DNA of 64,000 nucleotides from Orbicella franksi (Eukaryota): NCBI GenBank assembly GCA_964199315.1, contig OZ116709.1, positions 26,598,001 to 26,662,000 of the forward strand, read 5' to 3'. Shown piece by piece: positions 1 to 9,077 of this stretch (position 1 is its first letter; each line of letters starts with the position of its first letter). The notes under the pieces were generated by a model. It saw only the letters and a program-made list of their open reading frames with translations, ran no database searches and was not told where the DNA came from. The position numbers and the translations under genes were made by a program.

Positions 1-1270
1 CGTGCTTTTATTGGCACGACTACCATGACGAAACGATGTTGCAGAAACAAACGCCGCACGCATGACGAAGCAGAGTAAATATCTTTTGTTTACGTACCTG
101 GTCGGACACGCGATGTCCATGGAGGTTATTAAGATATGCGTTATCGAGAGCAATCTAAGAGAACAGCAGGAGCCTATCTTAAATCAAGGGCTGTAAATAA
201 TTAAATACTTGTGAACTCGCAAAAGCAATGTGCTTACAGGAGCTGGGAAGCAACAACTGTGAGCTTAAGTCTTGTTTGTGTAGTTTTGAGATTGGATTGG
301 TCCTAGAATATTGTTGCTAATTTTTTGTTGTAAATTAAACATAACCTTAAGAGTTCATAGTACAAGTCTGGATGCTTCTATATTGCTTCGTTCTTTGAGA
401 CAACATGCAAATGTCTGCGGTAGGCAAAGAATGTTATTTCCTACCACCAGTCCGAGTAAGCAGAGTGATTGAAGTACTCATATTTTTGCGTCGCAATTGT
501 GACATTCACGACGTTTTTGCATTTGTAAACTTTGTTGAACTACTTGATAAAGATGTTTGGTGAAAAATCCACAACACGGAATAATGAGTTTAAGGAAGGC
601 GTTTTATAACTTTTAATAATACACCTTAAAAAGACTTTTAGAGAAATACAAAACGAACAAAGGGCAAAAGGGAGTGAGCTACAAACGACTGTCAGGAGAG
701 AGGGGAATAAACGCTAAATAAAGAACAACCACGTTGTCCAGTTTTTGTTTCGATTACGTTTCAAGCAAGCACCCTGCGGGGTACGAGATTGATGCTACAG
801 TGAGCGGTATCCTAGTCTTAAAGCATCAAACTCGATAACAAAGTTTTGTTTAAAATATCAGCCCCAGTCTTTAAGAACGACGTCCGCAAATATTATCGCC
901 AAAAAAACAAAAAAATGAGAAAGAGGAAAGAGTAAATTCACAGCAATGCAAAACAGTTGCGTTGCGAACTTTCAATTTCCAAATTTTGAGAGATCACAGC
1001 AGTATACATGTAATTAGGAGATGGATCTTGCTCAGTAAATATTATTCTGACAGTTATGATCCTCAGTTTCTCATTGGTTCCAGGAACGGGTAGAATTTTC
1101 CTATTCGAACCGAGAACCCGGCCGGAATCGTTCCGTTGAGTTACTTTTCCTCAATGAATTAGTGGAAATAAATCTTCAAGCTTTTGCCCTTTTCAGATTT
1201 GCCATCAAGTAATGATCTGTCATTTTCATAATTTTTTGCCCCTGTAGCTCAAAACAGTTTCCACCACTTT

Positions 1271-1610
1271 GACTTTGATGGGTCATTATTACCACTCTTT
1301 ATCACTTGATGCTACAATCATGGTATCAAAAAACTACCCAATCATTGGCGAACACGTTGTTATAATTTTCTTGACATGATGGGTTACCATAGCAACAGTA
1401 TGAACTGCTAAAAAGACCCTTCATTACAGCTTTACAGGCTTATAATTCAAAACGGGCGAGGTGAAATTTCTTTACATTATTAAATTTTGATAAGGAAGAT
1501 AAGACGCAACTTTTAGCAATGTTTTAAAGAAATCTGTAAATAGAGTTCAGAGCCAACTTAAATTTTCAAAATGTTAAGGTGGTTTTGAACCCCATGTACA
1601 GATTTTTTAA
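1271..1610 (+). mobile_element. Interspersed ~340-bp repeat family A (non-autonomous DNA element), copy 1
   Basis: Aligns by eye with 52221-52560 (same strand) and with 53672-53901 and 58450-58823 (opposite strand). Shared blocks include atcacttgatgctacaatcatggtatcaaaaaact and the internal palindrome gagccaccttaa...ttaaggtggctc. Confidence 0.75.
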
Positions 1611-1780
1611 AACTTTACCAAAAGTTGGGTCTTATCATGCTTATCAAAAATTTAATAATGTAAAAGTATTTCACCGTGCCGTTTTTGGATTACAAGCTCC
1701 TAAAGCTGTAACGAATGGTGTTTTTAGATCCTTCTCAATTTTTTTTTTCAAATTCAAAAAAGCAATCACATCTAATAACC

Positions 1781-2175
1781 CTAACCCAAAGAGCTAACAC
1801 TAACTTTTTTAAAGACGCCTGCAGTTGTGGTGAGGGTTCCTGGCCATTTTCCTGACGTTTGCCATGGGAATAGTCGGTGCGCGAAGGATCGTCGCCCAAC
1901 CTGTCTGTGGTGAGAACTTGAAATAACCCTATCCCTATGCGCTAACCATAACTTTTTCAAAGACGCCCGCAGGTGAGGATTTCTGGCCATTTTCGTAACC
2001 TTTTCCATGGGAATAGTGGATGCGCAAAGGAATTTTACCCTCTCAACCTGGCTGTGGGGAGAAAGTTGACCCTAACTTGAAATAACCCTAGCCCTAGGCG
2101 CTAACTGCAACCGTAAAATCTACCACAATTCAGAATTCTTAGGCATATTGGCATTTGTCCCATGGGAATAGTCAC
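1781..2175. repeat. Degenerate ~150-bp tandem repeat, about 2.5 copies, containing aaataacccta motifs
   Basis: Recurring blocks aaagacgcc, tggccatttt, ccatgggaatagt and aaataacccta(a/t/g)ccc. Confidence 0.6.
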
Positions 2176-2579
2176 AAAAGTATTTTCATGCTCTTGCCTC
2201 TCGTTGTGAAGACGTGAAAGCTGATGTCACCGCATACGAAACTTTGGAGACTGGCTTGAAATCTTCGCGAAAGGTAAAAAAAAAAAAAAAAAAAAAAAAA
2301 ACACTTTTATAGCTTAATTATATTGCCCTGCAATTTACAAAATCTGTGAAATTATCAGTTTGGTTTGTGTGATTTTATGGTCTAAAAGACGAACTTTACA
2401 GCAAATTCTGCCTTTGAATTCTATTGACCGTGAAACATAAATCTGGGTCAAACGCACCGGTTAAACCTTGGGACAAGTGTAAATCTCCTCATCCAGGGGA
2501 GGTCGTAGAGAAGCTCTGGTCACCAACCATTATATCTCAATTAAAGTACAGCTGGAGACATTTACATATAGTTTGATGT

Positions 2580-2722
2580 TTTATTGCCTCTAGCTTACAG
2601 TGTGGTGATCTACATGTTGGTTGTGTGAGTGCAAACGATGGGAATTTTCTTGAAGTCAGACTGGCCATGATATAAGTATGGACTTAGAAATTTTCATCTG
2701 TCTTCACATGAACAGAATTCAT
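2580..2722 (-). other. Probable non-coding last exon and poly(A) signal of the ShKT gene
   Basis: Donor gtgagt immediately follows the TAA at 4728. A strong acceptor (cgtttgttttatttgcag|) opens at 2722, and AATAAA lies at 2585-2580 on the minus strand. Confidence 0.5.
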
Positions 2723-3204
2723 CTGCAAATAAAACAAACGTATTCTTAACTGGCTGATCAAAGGACGTGCATCAAGGTATAATACTGGCTGACTACTAAT
2801 AGGTTTTTTGAGTTCAGTGGGGAGGGGGGGGGGGGGAGGTTAAATACCGGCAGGAAAGAGTGTCCGCGCGAATTTTTTCCTTCTCAAATGATTAGACTCA
2901 TTTAACCTCAGCCACTGCCTGGTTCCCTACCCTGCCCTCATCACTATGGAACTTTTTTCAGCTCCCAATTAATCTCAGGCATCACTTGATATACCTACAG
3001 TACAGCAGTTTTTACTCGAGTCAAAAGTAATCCGACTTACTTACATACATTCAACCTTTATTTATACACCATAAAAAAAATTTCAAAGCTAACAAGCTTG
3101 TGGGATCGTGTACTAAATAAAAAGATACAAATGCTAAGAATAATTAAGAAGCTACAATTAAAGGACTTAGCTTAGGTTTGTTTGCATTATCGCTGAAGTT
3201 GTCT

Positions 3205-3410
3205 GGCTTAAAAACTCGCGTTACTTTCTTATCCAATCAGAAATAAACCCAAAACCAATCGCGTGACTCGCTCGTACAAGTTTTCTCGCGCCTCATGCCT
3301 AGCTTTGAGATTTGAATGGTTCACTGGATTGTCTGTGTATATTGTGATTGGCCAGATCTAAAGTGATTAGTTTGGTTTTGGTGTTAGAACACTCAAAAGC
3401 CGTTTCACGG
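3205..3410 (-). mobile_element. MITE family B (tagagcagttttcaat...ccaatcacaaa type), reverse copy
   Basis: Reverse complement of the 18927-19186 element (ttcactggattgtctgtgt...gtgattggcc...tttggttttgg). Confidence 0.65.
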
Positions 3411-4091
3411 TGAACTTTTCTCATTTGCATTACGATATAATCCAACTTGTGTGTGAGGTAATTTCGGGTGATTTTATAGCTTCTGGCAGCTCGAAATTAC
3501 CTCACATTCACGTTGGATTATATTGTATTGCATTATAACCGGCACATGAGAAAAATTAACCGAAATGTTAAAAGGGCTTTTGGAATTAAAAGTGCTCTCT
3601 CGGCCATTCCAGGTCAAAAGCAAAGATGCAGCAGTCTGCTGGAACAAAGCATCTCGCTCTCGATATTCCTTTCTTTTGGACGCCGCACCTAGTGTAATTT
3701 ATCCTCTAATATGATAGAATTGCCAAAAGTCGACCTTTTTTCAATCCTTGACTTAGTTATCTCCCTCAAGTGAAGCGAGAGGATAATCTTTGAGCGACGG
3801 AGTCGCGAGCACGAGCGACGGAAGTCGCGAGAGGTCGACTTGTTTCACTTGCAGGGATGTGGATCAGAGCGTAAATGTTTGGCGCGAAAAATTATTTCTC
3901 TCATTCTGAAGAGTGTTATCCGAGTGGAAGTGAACGCAATTTATATTTCCCTCCGTCTAAAGTGTGTTACCCGGGTGCAAGGGAACGCAAATTCCTTTCC
4001 AAAGGCGAAACCAACAGGCCAGGGAAGAATTATTGGAAAGGACTTTTAGAAAGTCTAGCGTGCCACTTAAACTGAAAGAAACAAATATATC

Positions 4092-4281
4092 AACTTAACA
4101 TAATAGGCTTAAAAATCCCAACTAGTAGGAACGAGACAAACTGGCTATTTTTAAGCATGACCGAGGGGTTGAACTAGGGTCTACCGAGAAACAACTCCAG
4201 CTTAGTAGTCAGGGCGGGACTTAAACCCTTCGACTTCCGGATTTCAAGTCCGGCGCCCTAACCACTCGCCCACGCTGCCTC
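4092..4281 (-). mobile_element. tRNA-derived SINE with tRNA-Ser(TGA)-like head
   Basis: The minus strand reads gaggcagcgtgggcgagtggttagggcgccggacttgaaatccggaagtcgaagggtttaagtccc: A box, perfect anticodon stem ccgga/tccgg and B box, followed by a non-tRNA body ending ttgggatttttaagcc. Confidence 0.75.
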
Positions 4282-4413
4282 TAAACACCAATATGGTCTT
4301 CATAGTACAAGAACCAGTTGAAACATGTTTAGGGAAAATCAGTGATGTTGGTAGACTTTCTAGAAGTCCTTTCCAATAATTCTTTCCTGGCCTTTTATCA
4401 AATAAACGTATGC

Positions 4414-4477
4414 ATGTATGTATGTATGTATGTATGTATGTATGTATGTATGTATGTATGTATGTATGTATGTATGT
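4414..4477. repeat. (ATGT)n microsatellite, about 16 units
   Basis: Read directly from the sequence. Confidence 0.95.
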
Positions 4478-4727
4478 TGTTACTTTCGTCGCTCGCGCTC
4501 GTGACTTCGTCGCTCGAAAATTACCATCTCGCTTCGCTCGAGGGACAGAAATAAGTCAAGGATTGAGGAAAGGTCGACTTGTGGCAAGTCTAGTGGCATG
4601 CCTGTGAACTAACTAGGTGTAGCCTGAAGTACGTTGATCGCTATAAACTAGGTACAACATTTGAGGAGGGGAGGGGTGGAGGTAGTCTAGAAAGCTACTC
4701 TTCGAAGCTAAATTTTTATTCACTCAC

Positions 4728-5902
4728 TTAGTGGCACATTCCGCAGGTCTTTGGGCAACGAGTTCGGACAAAAGCAAAGCTCGGACTGCCCCGGATGTTG
4801 CAGATTTTGCTGTATCTCGTTTTCGTGCACATGCTGGGATAGCGATCCCTACAGCCTGAAATGGAATTTGTTATAACAGAGGCTAAGCACTATTATTAAC
4901 CACTGGATCATTGGATCACGGTGTAATTGAAGAGTTTTCATTGGCTTAGCCATCATGGCATAAGAGCCATTGTTCCATGCTCTACAAATATGGTAAACAT
5001 ACGTGTATGTTTTTTTGGTGGGGGAGGGTTATTTTGTTTTAGTTTTCTATCTTTTGCTGGCGTTTTAATAGATTATTCCACTCGCGCTTGTTGGATATTA
5101 ATTACCAAATGGTAAATGTTGCGGTCATTCCAGTCACTGGAGTTTTTATTGTAGCTTTAAAACTTAATAACTTCTCTAACTGAAAAAGATGCTAGACCGT
5201 CATAATTGACCCCAATTATGTTTCAACTGGTTTTTTTTCCCCAGTCAGATACTCCTGTATCTTACTAGAAGTGGCGGTAGATTCTAAGTGAGAAACACTG
5301 CCAAAAAAAAAAGGAATTTCTTGCACAGGAACACATATTATTATATATAGTTTCGTCAAAGCAATGAATTGTCCGATCTTTAGACATGGAATTTTTAACC
5401 AAAATATTGAAGTTCTAGACAGGGCGAAGTTGACTCATTAATCATAAAGCAGGAGGCTTGAAAGCTGAGAGAGAGAAGGAGTTTATATATAGATTTTACT
5501 ACAATAACTGTATTTGGGGCTGCGAACATCTGTTAACCCCGCAAACGCTTTGAAATAAATAACAACAGAAATATATTTTCATTGTTACCTCGTTTCGTTA
5601 GATCCAAGCTCTCCCCTAAAAAAAAAGGATTTAGTAACGGATTAAATGGCCAACAAACACGGTAAATAGCAGTTGATAATTATCGGTTTTAATATGAAAA
5701 GACTGTATGTAAGGTGATGACTCTCGGCTTGACTTCGTCAAGAAGACGATCAAGTGAGCCTCCAAGCTCAAAATTTGCAATCGAGGAAAAAAAACTTACC
5801 CTCTTCGTTATAATGACTTTGTGGTTTAATGGCGCGAGGCAGGCTGCTGGCAACTGTCACAGCGAGGAAGACTGCTAGACAAACAATGACAAGGTTCTCC
5901 AT
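4728..5902 (-). CDS. Secreted single-ShKT-domain peptide precursor (ShK/aurelin fold), 76 aa, 2 coding exons
   Basis: Exon 5902-5800 gives MENLVIVCLAVFLAVTVASSLPRAIKPQSHYNEE, then donor g|gtaagt (phase 1). Acceptor ttcag| opens exon 4855-4728, giving GCRDRYPSMCTKTRYSKICNIRGSPSFAFVRTRCPKTCGMCH*. Six Cys are spaced C-x7-C-x8-C-x14-C-x3-C-x2-C with the ShKT hallmarks CxD and CPKTCGxC. The N-terminus is a hydrophobic signal peptide. Confidence 0.9.
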
Positions 5903-5921
5903 CTTAAAGAAGATGACTGGA

Positions 5922-5959
5922 TCAAATTGAGGTAGAGATGCTTCGAAGAGCTTTATATA
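5922..5959 (-). promoter_or_regulatory. TATA box plus Initiator core promoter of the ShKT gene
   Basis: Minus-strand TATATAAA at 5959-5952 and Inr-like cTCAATT with A at 5927, 32 nt from the first T of TATA. The ATG lies 25 nt further downstream. Confidence 0.65.
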
Positions 5960-7904
5960 TTTGATGAATGGGTTCTTAGTTAACAAAGCGAGACGATGAA
6001 TGCGCATTGACGCAATCACCTGCTTATACGAAGACAAAAGAACGTAATTAAAAAGAGGGTTTATATACTTGTTTTAAAGGTAAATTAGGGCTTGTTTCAT
6101 TGACCCTTAGTGGCAAAATATACATATCTATTAATTTACCAGCCTACAGGTGTCGATCACTTCAACACTACTATAGCTACCGTCGGCTAATCAGTTTTTT
6201 TTCAAGTAGGCCTCTTTGCGGTTTCTTCATTCACGTGAGTTCTTGCAGTTCTTGTCATTAGCAAGCTTTTGTTTTCATTAAACATTCGTACTCAGCCAGT
6301 GAATGTATTATGACTAAAATGATCTACTTAGAACTCTTCTGTAAGCGAGGGATTCAAGACAATAATACACATTTGTGTAACAGCAGGAGGGGTACGTGGC
6401 CTACTGATTTGATCATACAATGCAATTCTACATTCAGACCGAACTGACGGTGTTCTATATTTGGGCCAGTCGCCAGCATCTAATGAAACAGTGCCTCTCT
6501 CTGTCAAAGAGCAAAAAAAAGACATGTTTTTCCGAAAATTTTTATGAAATGATAATTTAACATGTTAATTTGGCTGAGAACCAATATCTAAGCTGTTTAT
6601 ATATGAAGGTTCACTTGGGGCATCTAATCACCAAAACATCACTTTTTTTAACGATGCATTTTCTACGCCATATTTTTTTTTCTTGCAATGCATTTTCCTA
6701 CAGTTTTAACGCGACCTTTTTCTCAGCTGTTTAAAATTCCACGCTGCGCTAGAAGTATATATTATGTCTGAAACAAACCACATAATAAAACATAAATTAA
6801 AGCAACGTGCAGGAGATAATTGACAGAAAATATGCTTGTTTAAGATTCAGCAGGGGGGTACAAAGCCCAATGGCTACGTGCGTCAGACTTTACTAAGATC
6901 AAGAGTTCCGCGATTAATTCGAGACGGGGTCATTGGGCCGTCTTTTTCGGGTAAAGAACTTTAATCTCGCGATGTCTCTTTCTAAGGAGTATAATAAAAT
7001 TTGCACCAGGGCAACATGGCGAAATATTTTGGAAGTGAGAAGAGAGGTAATAACTCTTTGTGATACAGAAAGGGTCATTTTCACGGCATAGGGTAACACC
7101 ACTAAGGCGGCTCTGTGCAATGAAAAGGAAACTGTTGCTATATCTGGTTTGAGTAACATCTTGATTCCACTTGTTTTTTATTTTTATTTCTTTTATTTTT
7201 ATGAAAACAATACTAAGTCACGAAGTAATGTTGGATATTTTACTTGTTGTCAACTGTCACTGGTTCCCGTCATACCTTACTGCCACAAATTTTCGCTGTA
7301 GCTAATTTTAGTATGGTTTCATAATGATAGCCGCCTTGATAACTCTTTTACAATTATAATACATTTTAACAACGTCGGGTTATTCTGGAATATTTAAGAC
7401 GAGCCGATTTATGAAAATTGACTTTTTTCAGTTTTGTCCCTTAGAAGAACAGATGGCTTCTTCAAATATTATATCCATACAGTGTTGATAATACTCTTTG
7501 ATACCGTAAATTTTTCGCAATTTGGCAGCGCACGTTTTCTACTTATTTGTTATTATGGCTACATTTTTCTTGCGCTTTACAGTCACGAATTTTGCCTCTT
7601 TTCGTGACCTTATATGGTCAAACATTACAAATATTAAAAAATAATAATACCGTAAATATGGCTTGCTTTACAGATTGAGCGACATTCCCGAGAGCTAATG
7701 AAAGGAGCCTTGAAGATAAAAGTATACCCTAAATTTTAATACTGAAACATACAAACGGAACTTACATAAATGCGATTTCCATGCGGAGGCTCTTTCTTTT
7801 GCGCGAGCCAACAATTTAGCGGGATTAAAAGTAGTTTCTTTTCTTTCTGGGCCGATGATAGTTGATGTCGTTTTTTTAAATTCTTCCTCCGAATCACCAC
7901 TTTT

Positions 7905-8715
7905 TATCACTTGAGGTACTTTTAAGGTACCAAGAGAATATGATCTTGATACTTGTCATTTGAAGCCGTTTTGTCACTCTTCTTTCTTCTGCGCATATTT
8001 TCTCGATCGAAAGGAGTTAAATTTCGAGTAAAGTAGTCTCTAAATTAAGATCACGGAAACGATTGTGATGACAATTTTTCTCCCTTAATTTTAATTCATT
8101 TTTCCCCTCTCGTTGAGTCGCGAAAATTAAAACTCGCGATATATGCCACCATCGTTTTCGTAAAATTATATTTCGGACTGAGCTCATCTATGGTCGCTGT
8201 GCCATTCTACCGACACGTATTAAAAAAAGCTTATTTTGTGAATCACCAGGCTTGATTTGGCGTGATGATTTAAATATGCATGACTAGTAAAAAATCAAGC
8301 ACAAAAACGATCAAATTAGAATTACTAAAAAAATAGGAAAAAAATAAAAATTAAAATTAACCGCAAAACAAGTTGTCTCCTGCCTCTGCAGCAAAACGAC
8401 TCCAAGTGCAAAACTTTGCATATGAAAAATTAGTTTTGATTAATTAATACTCGTTTTCATATAGACATGTGAGCATGCTCCCCTTAAGCTCTAAAATTCG
8501 CGGCGAAGAACGTAAAAAACTGATCACTTGAGGTACTTTTAAGGTACCAAGAGAATACAATCTTGAATGTACTTGTCATTTAAAGCCGTTTTGTCACTTT
8601 TCTTTCTTCTGCGCATATTTTCTCGATCGAAAGCTTAAATTTCGGGTAAAGCAGTCTTTAAATTAAGATGAAACGAATACAGTGACAATTTTTCTCCCTT
8701 TGAATTCATTTTTCG
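7905..8715 (+). repeat. Direct repeat of about 195 bp (about 7905-8105 and 8523-8715)
   Basis: Both copies read atcacttgaggtacttttaaggtaccaagagaata...ttctgcgcatattttctcgatcgaaag...gacaatttttctccctt...aattcattttt. Confidence 0.85.
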
Positions 8716-9010
8716 CGCAAAAAAATGAGCGAACGAGTGCGATGTTTGAGCGGTGAAATCACGGCTCACAGCTTCACCCCTTCTGCACCTTGCTTAATGT
8801 TTTCGTTCTTCTCCGTGATTTTAGAGAAAATTAAAAGAGAGGGCCGCTATTTTATTTTCATATGAACAGACTCCTTTCGACTGGCCGTTTTATATATTAT
8901 ATTGACACTGGACATGGGCTCCAGTGGTGTGAATGCAGCTGGTAATCTGGGTACAAGTATGCGCCAGCGATGCTACATGTAGGAGCAGTATCAACCATGA
9001 GACTACCATT

Positions 9011-9047
9011 CAAGATGGCGGCTGGCATAGCTGGAAACTTTGTCTGA
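9011..9047 (+). promoter_or_regulatory. YY1-type CAAGATGGCGGC motif overlapping a 10-codon upstream ORF of HIRA
   Basis: caagATGgcggct...gtcTGA spans 9015-9047 (MAAGIAGNFV*), ending 30 nt before the HIRA ATG. Confidence 0.45.
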
Positions 9048-9077
9048 GAGACGTTATAAACTTTGGCTCTTCCCACA

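Larger units (their letters stand above)
3715..4592. mobile_element. Foldback/long-TIR DNA element with nested SINE and microsatellite
   Basis: Inverted arms at about 3715-3830 versus 4480-4592, plus a near-perfect 41-bp inverted pair at 4017-4057 versus 4351-4391. Both ends are TA. Confidence 0.7.

Noticed and set aside
98-120. Possible first coding exon of a minus-strand gene leaving the window (ATG GAC ATC GCG TGT CCG ACC AG|gtacgt)
   Set aside because: Only 23 nt with no downstream exon visible. Plausible but cannot be supported from this window.
1786-1797. Interstitial telomere (taaccctaaccc)
   Set aside because: Only two units, part of a degenerate tandem repeat.
4210-4281. Functional tRNA-Ser(TGA) or tRNA-Sec gene
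   Set aside because: The anticodon loop is CTTGAAA (not TCA), there is no proper acceptor stem, and the sequence continues into a SINE body.
4342-4607. ORFs with MYVC repeats
   Set aside because: These are translations of the (ATGT)n microsatellite.
6328-6525. Minus-strand ORF with a strong acceptor upstream of the ShKT gene
   Set aside because: No recognisable domain and no partner exon found. The TATA-Inr at 5959-5927 explains the ShKT 5' end without it.
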